Shown here one piece after another: positions 44,816 to 57,316 of a DNA stretch of 64,000 bases. Source of the stretch: Eledone cirrhosa (Eukaryota). The translations under genes and the position numbers were made by a program. Position 1 is the stretch's first letter. Each line of letters starts with the position of its first letter. Under the pieces are notes generated by a model that worked only from the letters and a program-made list of their open reading frames with translations, was not told the DNA's origin and made no database searches. The DNA is taken from contig CAXHJY010000718.1 of assembly GCA_964016885.1 (NCBI GenBank), positions 1-64,000 on the forward strand, read 5' to 3'.

Positions 44816-44998
44816 AAGAAATCAATACAATGATTTTAAAACCGTTAAAACATGTTTATATAACAGTGCACCTACGTACGTTTTGCCCGGAATGGCCTTA
44901 TCAATGCCCTTAATAAGCCCATTCCGGGCGAAACGTACGTAGGTGCACTATTATATAAACATGTTTTAACGGTTTTAAACACCTTGTATTGATTTCTT
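44816..44998. mobile_element. Family M fold-back element with HHR 3' half
   Basis: About 85-bp arms; gcccggaatgg..ccattccgggc-GAAA-cgtacg-TA-ggtgcac (GAAA at 44930-44933). Confidence 0.8.
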
Positions 44999-45176
44999 GT
45001 ATAATCGCTCTGCTTATTTTTTCTCGCCCACTAAATATTGACGCTTCAAATATTTAACCCTGTAGGCTCGAGTATTGAGCACACATGCATAAACTATTGG
45101 CAACTAAATATATGTATCGCCTATCTTTCCTTTTTTTCTCTCTCTCGATACTTAAACATTCTATATATATATATAT

Positions 45177-45263
<87 letters not shown>

Positions 45264-45975
45264 CCAGTGACCATTCTCAACACAAAAGCAATGCTAAAAG
45301 CTTTTTCCCCTGAATAAAGGAATTTTTCGAGAATGACCGGGGCAGGCCGCACTTGCTACATTTCTCCCCACCCAACCCTACTCACCGTCTCAACTCATTA
45401 CTGCTATGAACACTTTTTCAACACACCTACACCCATGCACTTATTAAAGGGGGAGAAAAGAAACCCCCACCACACGACAGACATGTCAAATCCCTATATA
45501 TAGAACAACGCACCACATACACATCAGTTTGACAAGCGCACCTCAGCGTGAAAGGTCTTTCTAAAAACGAAACAATACCTCCTACGTTAACCAAGAACTC
45601 CTAAGACCTAACCAACAACCAACAACTTAATTTATAAAATAATTTTTTTTAAGAAAAATTCTTTTTGGATTTTGTGAAGAAAATAAATTTGTTGAAAGCA
45701 CAAGTGAAGCCATTTTTTCTTCCCCCCTGTCTTAATATACCTAACTGTACCAAGGATTACACACATTTTCCAATATATATATATACACATATATATATAC
45801 ATATATGTGTATGTATGTATGTATGTTAAAAGTAAACATAAATAACAACACAATCGGTACAGTATATGGAAGGAATGTATATATATACATATATATACAT
45901 ATATGTATGTGTATGTGTGTGTGTGTTAAAAGTAAACAGAAATAACAACACAATCAATACAGTATACGGAAGGAA

Positions 45976-46034
<59 letters not shown>

Positions 46035-46314
46035 CGTTTAATATGGTGGCTGAAAAATATAAAAAAAAAGTTAGGGCAATATGTTTGCATGTAGCAAGCA
46101 ATATTATTACTCTTGATAAACAAAATGTCAAAAAAGTAAAAACATAAACAGTTAATAAAGGTTTAGAATCTTCTCGAAGGCGTCAATAAAGATTGATAAC
46201 CCACAAAGGAAAGATTTTGAAGATATAACTAAATAACTCAAGCCACGCATAAGCTGTAGGACTTCCTTCGGGTTAGTTATGTTTTCAAGGAATGGAAATA
46301 GCATTATGATACCG

Positions 46315-46645
46315 GTGGATTGGCAGTATCGGTAAAGCGTCGGACGCCATGCTTTGTAGTATAGAGTTTCGGCCCTTTATGATCTGAGTTCAAATCCCGC
46401 CGAGGTTAACTTTGCCTTTCATCCTTACGGGGTCGATAAAATAAAGAACCAGTAATATACTGGGCTTGTGCCAAAAGTAGAAACAATTGCCATGCTTTGT
46501 AGTATAGAGTTACGGCCCTTTATGATCTGAGTTCAAATCCCGCCGAAGTTAACTTTGCCTTTCATCCTTACGGGGTCGATAAAATAAAGTACCAGTAATA
46601 TACTGGGCTAATTACTGGCCTTGTGCCATTAGTAGAAACAATTAT
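46315..46645 (+). mobile_element. Two tandem SINE copies
   Basis: Duplicated body and tail. Confidence 0.85.
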
Positions 46646-46784
46646 GATACGTGTAATAGAAAACTCCACTCTAGTGCTTCTCTATACAGATTATAGTCGA
46701 TGAATTGGTAGAGATTGGTAGTGCTGTTGGACCGTCGGATTAAATGTTTCGCAGTCTTATTCATCCCGCATTTTGAGCTCTGAG

Positions 46785-46996
46785 TTCAAATCTCGTGCAT
46801 GTGGTAAAATCTCGTAGATATAAACAAATCCCGTGGATCTGACCAAATCCCGTTGATATGATCAAATCCCGTAGTTATAGACAAATCCCGTGGATATGGT
46901 CAAATCCCGTATATATATAGTAGTCAAATCACGTTGATATGATCAAATCACGTTGATATATATGATATGATCAAATCCCGTGGATATGATCAAATA
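46785..46996. repeat. About 20-bp minisatellite (caaatcccgt(g/t)gatat)
   Basis: About 9-10 units by direct reading. Confidence 0.85.
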
Positions 46997-47199
46997 TTGT
47001 GGGTATGGAGGGGGATGATGGGTGGAGGAAGAGAGAGAGGAAATAAAGAGGTGGACGAGAAGGAAGGAGGAGGAGGTGGAGATGGTGATGTGAGTAGGGG
47101 TAAGAGGGGAGTGGGGGTAAGAGGGGGAGGAGAATGATGATGATGATGATGAGGAGGAGGAGGATGTGGTGGAGGAGGATAAACTGAAACGGAAAAATA

Positions 47200-47400
47200 T
47201 TGGTTTCTTATATAGGCACAAGGCCGGGGATTTGGGGGGAGGGGAAAGTCGATTAAATCGACCCCAGTGCGTGACTGGTACTTTATTTTATCGACCCCGT
47301 GAGGATGAAAAGCAAAGTTTACCTCGGCGGGATTTGAACTCACATTATAAAGGGCCGCAACTCTTTGCTGCAAAGCATGGCGTCCGACTCTCTACCGCCC
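47200..47400 (-). mobile_element. SINE copy
   Basis: Reverse-complement SINE; ctgaaacggaaaaatatt direct repeat on both flanks (TSD-like). Confidence 0.85.
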
Positions 47401-48381
47401 TGCTGAAACGGAAAAATATTAAAGTACTATTCCTTCAGATAAATGCAATTTCTGCCAACAACCAATAATTCAAACGGGAAGGTAATTATCCGATGAAATC
47501 CACTATTTTCGACATTAAGCTAATCATCAAATACACCGAAGTAATTATAATCAGATTACATCTAATTACTCTCCCATAATTGAAAATGTTTAACCGATTG
47601 ATTTAGAGTTTAAATTATGATTAATTAGTTATTTATACTTTGGGATCTAAAAATATTCACATTAACGTGTTTATATATATATATATAGAGAGAGAGAGAG
47701 ATCTGTGTGTGTCTGTCTGTCTGTAAGTAGGTGTGTGTGTGTCTGTGTTTGTGTGTGTGACTGTGTGTGTGCGTGTGTGTGTGTTTGTGTGTCTGTGTGT
47801 GTGTGTGTGTGTGTGTGTTTGTGTGTCTGTGTCTGTGTTTGTGTGTCTGTGTCTGTGTGAATGTGTGTGTGTGTGTGTGAATGTGTGTGTGTGTGTGTGC
47901 GTGTGTGTGTGTTTGTGTGTCTGTGTCTGTGTTTGTGTGTCTGTGTCTGTGTGAATGTGTGTGTGTGTGTGTGTGTGTATGATAAATGACAATTGCTCAA
48001 AATGCCACAGTACGAAAGGGAACTTCTTAACCATTCGACCATACTGCGTCCTATGACGTTCCAAGACATTGGCTACATAACACATAGAAGAAGAAGAAGA
48101 AGAAGAAGAAGAAGAAGAAGAAGAAGAAGAAGAAGAAACTATCTTTAATGGTCGTAAAACAGTCAACTTTATTGATTATTAAGATATAAATCAATAAAAA
48201 CGATAGACACATAGATGTTGCCCATCATTTAAGTTATGGCGAAGATGCAGCACGTACGAGTGTTTTTTTTGTTTTTTTGTTATAGGTTTAACCCTAGATA
48301 AGACATATTTCTGCGCCGTATCAATTTACACAATATACGTTCCCCATCTAGATTACTTCACAACATTCCTACATTAATACC

Positions 48382-48567
48382 TGTTTCTACTTTTGACACA
48401 AGGCCAGCAATTATCGCAGTGTATTACTGGTACTTTATTTTATCGACCCCGTAAGGATGAAAGGCAAAGTTAACCTCGACGGGATTTGAACTCAGACCGT
48501 AAAGGGGCGTAACTCTATGCTGCAAAGCATGGCGTCCGACCCTCTACCGATACTGCCAATCCATCGA
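48382..48567 (-). mobile_element. Full-length main-family SINE
   Basis: Reverse complement of head, body and tail. Confidence 0.85.
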
Positions 48568-49429
48568 CCAATGCTTACAGTAATAATATTCAATGTTTAT
48601 AACTCAGACATTATAAAAAGAAAAGAGCATCGACCGAAAACAAACAACCGATACTGAGTTATAATCATTATCAAAAATGTTGTTCAATCCTCAAGAGACA
48701 GCTTGATATTCGCTTGGCATATCACCAGAAAATCATCTGCTTTCTGCCTAACTATGAGATGCATTAAACGGGAAAATGTCTTAATAATTGAGTAAATAAA
48801 TAGATGGACGAAAACTAGTTATCTATAGGTAGCAGACATGTCAGTTGTATTTGGCGGTGCCAGAAATGTTTATAATCTTTGACGGTAGCTAGCTTTGGTT
48901 TTCGATATATACTTTATGTTTTCAGTGTTACACTGCATCTGTGTAATAAGTTATTTTTATTTTTATGTGTACAGACATTCATGCATTTCACACAACTGTT
49001 GCACACACATACACATATATGTATACATATATATATACACTCACGCACACACACATACACACACATACACACACACACACATATATATACTGTATATATC
49101 AAGAATACAGGAAAGAAACAAACAAGAGGATGCACTAACATAAAGCCATAAAGTTTTATTACTTTCACGCTTAAACGAGAGTTAAACATATATATATATA
49201 TATATGTGTGTGTGTATGTATGTATATATGTATATATATACATATACATATATATATATACATATAAATATACACATATATATACACATATATACACATA
49301 TATACATATATATACACATATTTACATATATACATATATATATACATATATACACATATATATACATATATACACATATATATACATATATACACATATA
49401 TATACATATATATATATACATATATATAT

Positions 49430-49537
49430 GAAAAGATTCAGGACCCCGACGGCTGAGCTCCAGCCGTTTCGACAGCTAGATCCGGATCTAGCTGTCGAAG
49501 TGGCCGGAGCTCAGCCGTCGGGGTCCTGAATCTTTTC
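49430..49537. mobile_element. Family A fold-back palindrome (subfamily with a gacagctagatc helix II)
   Basis: Near-perfect 108-bp palindrome flanked by (TA)n. Confidence 0.85.
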
Positions 49538-49898
49538 ATATATATAGAGAGCGAAGGGGAGGGGGATATATATATATATATATATATGTAGATAAATCTA
49601 CCAAGAGTTTACGGTAGTGTCCAATCCGTATGAAGAACTCAATGTATTCCGGATATCATGGAAAGAAGAGATGTAATGAAAAATCACAGACGGCGTATAT
49701 GTGTGTTTGGTATGTATATTTAATCTTGATAGTTTGTATAATTTTGTATAATTTTGTACATAGATCTGTTGAATATGCATGCCAATTCTAACACATATAT
49801 ATCCTAGAAACGATCGTTAAATAATGAACTTTTTTTTTTTTTTTTTTTTTTTGTTTAATATAAGGAACTGTTTCATTGTTTTATTCATTATTTGTTTA

Positions 49899-50004
<106 letters not shown>

Positions 50005-50242
50005 CAATCCTAGTAGTGAATTTCAGTATTTAGTTACATCCCTTTACGTTCTGAGTTCAAATCCCACCGAGGTTAACGTTGCCTTTCATCCTTACAGGGT
50101 CGATAAAATAATGTACCAGTAATGCACTGGTGTCAATTTAATCGACTTTCCCCCTTCCTATTGACCGCGAAATGCTGTGGACAAATTTGAAAGTGTAATG
50201 AGCCGGAACAAATGTGGAAGAGGTATTATTTAATCCGAGACT

Positions 50243-51070
50243 GGTGGATTGGCAGTATCGGTAGAGGGTCGGACGCCATGTTTTGCAGCAAAGAGTTACG
50301 GCCTTTCATCCTTACGGGGGTCGATAAAATAAAGTACCAGTAATGCACTGGGGTAATTGCTGGTCTTGTGCCAAAAGTAGAAACAATTATTTCAAAGGGT
50401 CGGACGCCATGCTTTGCAGCATAGTTATGGCCCTTTACTTTCTGAGTTTAAATCCTGCCAAGGTTAACTTTGCCTTTCATCCTTACGGGGTCGATAAAAT
50501 AAAGTACCAGTAATGCACTGGGGTAATTGCTGGTCTTGTGCCAAAAGTAGAAACAATTATTTCAAAGGGTCGGACGCCATGCTTTGCAGCATAGTTATGG
50601 CCCTTTACTTTCTGAGTTTAAATCCTGCCAAGGTTAACTTTGCCTTTCATCCTTACGGGGTCGATAAAATAAAGTACCAGTAATGCACTGGGGTAATTGC
50701 TGGTCTTGTGCCAAAAGTAGAAACAATTATTTCAAAGGGTCGGACGCCATGCTTTGCAGCATAGTTATGGCCCTTTACTTTCTGAGTTTAAATCCTGCCA
50801 AGGTTAACTTTGCCTTTCATCCTTACGGGGTCGATAAAATAAAGTACCAGTAATGCACTGGGGTAATTGCTGGTCTTGTGCCAAAAGTAGAAACAATTAT
50901 TTCAAAGGGTCGGACGCCATGCTTTGCAGCATAGTTATGGCCCTTTACTTTCTGAGTTTAAATCCTGCCAAGGTTAACTTTGCCTTTCATCCTTACGGGG
51001 TCGATAAAATAAAGTACCAGTAATGCACTGGAATAATTGCTGGCCTTGTGCCAAAAGTAGAAACAATTAT
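50243..51070 (+). repeat. SINE-derived tandem array: four near-identical 170-bp units
   Basis: ttcaaagggtcggacgccatg starts at 50391, 50561, 50731 and 50901. Confidence 0.95.
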
Positions 51071-51399
51071 TTAATCCGTGACTATTACAACAATGCTAAG
51101 TCACAGACGTATTAACATATACCTCTGAAATAATCGAAGATTCGAATTAACTTAGATATTACATAAATTGTCTCCAGAAATCAGGCTGATTCACAGTAGA
51201 TAGATTATTTTCCATTTAAGACGCCAAGAATTGTTCCAGTGGCTCTAAATATTATATTAGACAGGTTTCAGATTAATTTTATGCACAATTTCATGAACAT
51301 GATTGGAATAATTATAAATTTAACAAGTACATCTTTAACAGAGATATTAGATTACACATATTTATAAGTATTTATGTTAATATGAATGGATATATATAC

Positions 51400-51432
<33 letters not shown>

Positions 51433-51446
51433 CATATGTGTGTGCA

Positions 51447-51715
51447 ACGAATTGGCAAAGTCGTTAGAACGTCGGATAGAATGCTTTATGGTATTCGCTC
51501 TGGATCTTTCTGAGTTCAAATCCCGCCGAACTTTGACATTCTTCCTTTCGAGGTCGATAACAAAAAAGTACCAGTCTAGTACTGGGGTCGATTCTTCCTT
51601 TCTCTCTGGGAAAAGATCTGCTGTAGTCAGGTCTGGGCTCCGCCAAGCTTTATGCCCTAGAATCGCTGTATGTCAATACAGCGCCCTACCACTCTATCAG
51701 CAGCTACGGGACCAT
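51447..51715 (+). mobile_element. Composite SINE copy
   Basis: Head, B-box and extended tail. Confidence 0.75.
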
Positions 51716-52011
51716 ATTTTCCTCTATCTTATTTCACACAAAAGGCTTAGGTTTTCGTAAAAAAAAACTTGCCCAAGGTACCACACATTCAGATTGAACC
51801 CAGGATTACAAAGCTCCCTGCAATGCCTGATCCCTCCTGTATATACATATATATATATATATAGCTTATTTTAGTTATTGCTCGCACCAACCTGAGGTAT
51901 ATGATTTTTAATGCGATGAAATACCAATGATGGTTGGCAAATCACTGATGAGGGACTAATTTTATAATATGTAATCCATGTGCAATCATGCAGTATTCTT
52001 GTCCCCATGTT

Positions 52012-52083
<72 letters not shown>

Positions 52084-52178
52084 GTGTGTGTGTGTGTGCA
52101 TGTGTGTGCTACCAACTCATGATATAATATTATAAAATTAAATCAAATTGTTTAGAACTACAAGTGAAGTCATTCTTT

Positions 52179-52424
52179 TACTCTGGTGCGTTATGGTCCA
52201 TCTGGTTCCTTACCACAACTCCTTCGTTATATATATATAACGAAGGAGTTGTGGTAAGGAACCAGATGGACCATAACGCACCAGAGTACTCAATACTTAG
52301 GGTAGTAGAGTTGGTAATAGGAAAAAGTATGACCCCGACGGCAGAGCTCAAGCCGTTTCGACGGCTATTTCTGGACTGAAATAGCCGTCGAAACGGCTTG
52401 AGCTCTGCCGTCGGGGTCATACTT

Positions 52425-52428
<4 letters not shown>
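52179..52428. mobile_element. Family A double inversion: tail-to-tail pair across (TA)5 plus a helix II fold-back
   Basis: ccttcgtt-atatatatat-aacgaagg, then tttc-gacggctatttc..gaaatagccgtc-GAAA-cggc..gccg-TC-ggggtc. Confidence 0.9.
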
Positions 52429-52466
<38 letters not shown>

Positions 52467-52711
52467 ATATATATATGTTTGTGTATATATATATATATAT
52501 ATGTATGTGTGTATATATATATATGTGTATATATATATATATATGTATGTGTATATATATATGTATGTGTATATATATATATATGTGTATATATTTATAT
52601 ATGTATGTGTATATATTATATATATATATATGTGTATATATTATATATATATATGTGTATATATTATATATATATATGTATGTGTATATATTATATATAT
52701 ATATGTATGTA

Positions 52712-52761
<50 letters not shown>

Positions 52762-52826
52762 GTATATATACGTGTATATATATATGTGTATATATATACG
52801 TGTATATATATATATGTGTGTATATA

Positions 52827-52873
<47 letters not shown>

Positions 52874-52884
52874 GTATATATGTA

Positions 52885-53320
52885 TAAGAGTCAATGGCCA
52901 TCCAAAATCACCGGGAGAGATGACCCCTTAGCCTTTGTCAAGGCAGAATTCTAGGAGAAGGAAAACTCTGATATAACACCTGCAACCCTGATGGTATCCA
53001 ATGATGTTGACTTGTTCTTCTTTTTGGTAAATATCATCTTGGTTAAGAGAGTGGGACTGGCTTTGTGCAGTGCCTTTGCTCACTATAAAAGCTTCACGGC
53101 ACAGGCATTGCTTTATATCTGGAGATCTCTCTGCACTTGTCGTCACATGGTACCATGGGCCCAACACTATGTGTCAATAATTGTCACAAGTGTAGTCTTT
53201 GTACCAGAGTTTTCAAGTCGCTGGCTGGACTAAAAAGTCACTCGTTCAGCGCATCAGTAGGGGTTCTCCTACATGGATATAAAGTAGTGGCCGTACTCGA
53301 AAACGAGTTGGCAGCCACCA

Positions 53321-53322
<2 letters not shown>
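52885..53322 (+). mobile_element. Bipartite non-autonomous RTE-derived element, copy 3
   Basis: Homolog of 15768-16326. Confidence 0.75.
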
Positions 53323-53364
<42 letters not shown>

Positions 53365-53397
53365 GTATGTATATATATATGTATGTATGTATATATG

Positions 53398-53432
<35 letters not shown>

Positions 53433-53497
53433 GTATATATATATGTATATGTATATATATATATATGTATATATGTATATGTATATATATATATATG

Positions 53498-53596
<99 letters not shown>

Positions 53597-54317
53597 TAGT
53601 AATACAGGTCATCATATGCCCCGCTTCCATATACTCTCTCTACGTCAAAGGAACATAAGCAGCAGTGTTTGTATTTACTCATTCAGTAATAAATTGATAA
53701 GAGAGTGTTGTTTATTGATACGCTATCAATGTGTAGCGTGAGGTTACACCGCATGGTGTAGATATTGTATCTTATTTCAAGCATTTCTAGGTGGGATACT
53801 GGAGATCTATTATACAATAACAGATAGAACTATATAATTTAAGGAGATTTAGATGGCAGATGGTATACGCAATCTTTTTATTGTGGTTTATGGTAGATGG
53901 TACTCAGTGTCAGACCTGCCAGCCTCTAAAAACCCAAACGGCGAGTACCAAGAAAAAAAGGTGATCCCAAAATAGCGACAAATTAGGTAAAATGGGGAGG
54001 TTTTACATAAAGTAATCTATACCCATTTTCACAAGAGAAGACATCTGTAATCCATCCTAAAGTGGGTGGGGAATCTTCCCGTCGGACGGGGAAAGTTGAC
54101 GGGTTTGCAGTATGCTAAAGTGGTAGGTGGTATATATATTATGTAATAAAGAGAAAATACTATGATACCGTGGTAGATGGTAGATGGTATATTTCTGTTA
54201 TATGGATGGTCCTGGGAGGATTGTAGGACCGACGTAGTGAAATACGGCGTGTCTTTGACATTTTCGAACTAGGGGGAGAGCCCACATCTTTCCAGGTCTG
54301 AAAAGAAGAGGTATATA

Positions 54318-54392
<75 letters not shown>

Positions 54393-54398
<6 letters not shown>

Positions 54399-54678
54399 TG
54401 TAATAAACAAAATAAGGCAATTATTCCATTTACCAGTGGTTTCTTAAAAGCAAAAAATGTTGCTTTCAATCCTCAGAATGAAAAAATCCTGGTCTCTAGA
54501 GACCAGGATTTTTTCATTTTTTTTTTCATTCTGAGGATTGAAAGCAAATTTTTTGTTTTTAAGAAACCACTGGTAAATGGAATAATTGCCTTATGTTGTT
54601 TATTACATAACTATTAAGCTCTGTTACCTACATAGAGCACTCTTTTTTCCTGGACTTTTCGGACGGAATTACTTCATT

Positions 54679-54680
<2 letters not shown>
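54393..54680. mobile_element. Family C palindrome with helix-II-less HHR-like cores in both arms
   Basis: CTGAGGA-tt-GAAA at 54531-54543 (+) and mirrored tcctcag at 54470-54476; palindrome centre cctggtctctagagaccagg. Confidence 0.8.
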
Positions 54681-54750
<70 letters not shown>

Positions 54751-54862
54751 GAGATTATATTTAATTTTAAAATGTTTATAACTGATATAAAGCACTCAAC
54801 AATTTAGTAGAGTAAATATACAATATATTAATAAATGGAAACTATATTTATAAAACCATATT

Positions 54863-54928
54863 TATTTTATTATACATATTTCAAGGGAAACCAAGGCAAA
54901 TTATGGTGCGCTTTCATCAGATAAAATA
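54863..54928 (-). ncRNA. Type I hammerhead motif, family H copy 3
   Basis: Minus strand: tattttat-CTGATGA-aagcgcacca..tggtttccctt-GAAA-tatgta-TA-ataaaata; perfect 8-bp helix I. Confidence 0.8.
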
Positions 54929-55034
54929 CAGATCTGTTTTATAAATAAATATTGACATACCCGGAAAAAAAAGACAACCTTAACGGGTGGAGCTTCCTAT
55001 ATATATATATATACGAAAAGAGTCAGGACCCCGA

Positions 55035-55139
<105 letters not shown>

Positions 55140-56193
55140 CGACCGCAGGTTCTATATTGGTGTTTTTATTTATCGACCTCGAGTAGATGAAATGTACAGT
55201 CGACCTCGGTGAGGTTTTAAGTCGTAGAATGCAGACAATGAGTTGAATTGAACCTTGCAAAGCATCTCTATCCGACGCTCTAACGATTCTGCTAATTTGC
55301 AGCATTTTCACCCATTTAAAGTAAAAATGAAATATTACTTATGTTATCGACAACGGTATAATAAGATTTAACGTCATTGAAAATATTTATTCAGTCGCTG
55401 GAAAAATAAAAATAATTCTTTCAAATTAAATGTAAAAGTTTATACAAATATTAATATGTGAGACAAGAAATTATTAATCCATCTTAAAGGATTTTTTTTT
55501 TTTTTTTATTAAATTCTTATTTTTGCTCCATTCTGTCAAATTAATCAAGAACTGGGTTTTAGTTTTTGCCATAAACTAGATGATTTTAGAAAATATTCCA
55601 TATTTTCACACAAGAAATGAAACATAAATTTAGATAGTCATATTTATTGATATTTGAATTTAACTTCGAATATGTTATTTTTGGGGGGGGGGCAGGGAGG
55701 GTTAAATAAAATCGTTTAACAATTTTTAGCGTCTACAATCTAAAATCTATTTATTAGTACTTTACAAAGTTGAATTTCAAACGTGATAAAATGGTTATTT
55801 ATAAAGACATGTGTCTCTAGACTTTTTTTTTTTTTATTTACACACGCATACACACAATGTATTTCCTATCGCAGAGTTCGATTCCAAGTCAGAACGTCCT
55901 CGGTTTTTATTTTACAGTTATTTAAGTTATTTCTCAAAATTTACCCCTGAATTTAATCCTTCCTGTATATTATTTGAACATATATGCCGAACATTTACAA
56001 GTCAATCCTTTTCTTCTTCTTCTTCTTCTTCTTCTTCTTCTTCTTCTTCTTCTTCTTCTTCTTCTTCTTCTTCTTCTTCTTCTTCTATGTGTTATGTAGG
56101 CAATGTCTTGGAATGTCATAGGACGCAATATGGTCGAATGGTTAAGAAGTCCCCTTTCGTACTGTGGCATTTTGAGCAATTGTCATTTATCAT

Positions 56194-56285
<92 letters not shown>

Positions 56286-56488
56286 TTCCATTTCTTATAT
56301 TTTCTCATTCATGACTTCCTTTCCGAATGTTTATTGCCATAGAAACAACATATATGTAAATTGTGTTATTTTTTCGCTGTTATCGGTCATTAAACTACGG
56401 CCGTCGCCGGAGGACACCGGAAAATGCTTTCTTCTCAATCCAGGACTATTATAGATTATATTATTATTGTATATATATATATATATAT

Positions 56489-56691
56489 GAAAAGAGTCAG
56501 GACCCCGACGTCTGAGCTCCAGCCGTTTCGACAGCTAGATCCGAACTCAGATCTAGCTGTCGAAATGGCCGGAGCTCAGCCGTCAGGGTCCTGACTCTTT
56601 TCATATATATATATATTACCCACTCTACTACCCGAAGCATCGAGTACTCAGGTGCGTTATGGTCCACCTGGTATCTTACCACACTTTCTTT
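56489..56691 (+). mobile_element. Family A fold-back element with (TA)n between palindrome and tail
   Basis: gaaaagagtcaggaccc / gggtcctgactcttttc arms, followed by the family tail. Confidence 0.85.
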
Positions 56692-56709
56692 ATATATATA
56701 TATATATAT

Positions 56710-56749
<40 letters not shown>

Positions 56750-56874
56750 TAGTACGCTGGAAGGTAATATCCGCAGTGGTAGAGCACTCAGTCCATGGGA
56801 CGAGTTAGGTAGAAGTGGTTACACAACAGTTAGTTCACCATACCGAGAACTGTTCCGTAAAACCATGTCTATTA

Positions 56875-56912
56875 CGAGCTGAGGCTCCGCTAAGGTGAAA
56901 CAATTGTTCTCG
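56875..56912 (+). ncRNA. Type I hammerhead motif (A9>C variant) in family K inverted element 56750-56946
   Basis: cgag-CTGAGGc-tccgctaaggt-GAAA-caattg-TT-ctcg; palindromic helix III; 41-bp inverted arms at 56810-56850 and 56906-56946. Confidence 0.65.
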
Positions 56913-56941
56913 GTATGGTGAACTAACTGTTGTGTAACCAC

Positions 56942-56977
<36 letters not shown>

Positions 56978-56983
<6 letters not shown>

Positions 56984-57316
56984 GTGAGGTTTTTTTTACA
57001 AAATGAAAAATAACGGAGGTGTCCTACACGAGTGAAAGTATAAAGAAAAAAAGATGAAATCGAAAATGCAACTGGAGTCTTATTTTTAAAAAATATATAT
57101 ATTTTTATTTGGTTCCTTTACCGGTTTCGCAGTTCTTCTGCTTCTCAAAAGTAGAGTTGAGATGGAGTGTCTGAGAAAAACCACAGACCTTCCATCTCAA
57201 CTCTACTTTTGAAAAGCAGAAGAACTGCGAAACCGGTAAAGGAACCAAATAAATATATATATATATTTTTAAATAAGACTCCAGTTGTGTTTTCGATTTC
57301 ATCTTTTTTCTTTATA
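56978..57316. mobile_element. Family L fold-back element with HHR 3' half
   Basis: About 125-bp arms; tttc-gcagttcttctgc...gcagaagaactgc-GAAA-ccgg-TA (GAAA at 57229-57232). Confidence 0.8.

Noticed and set aside
49430-49537. Palindromes interpreted as MITEs or transcription terminators
   Set aside because: Across copies the arms are asymmetric (one long tail), their lengths vary and the centres coincide with HHR helix II. A MITE origin is disfavoured, though not formally excluded.
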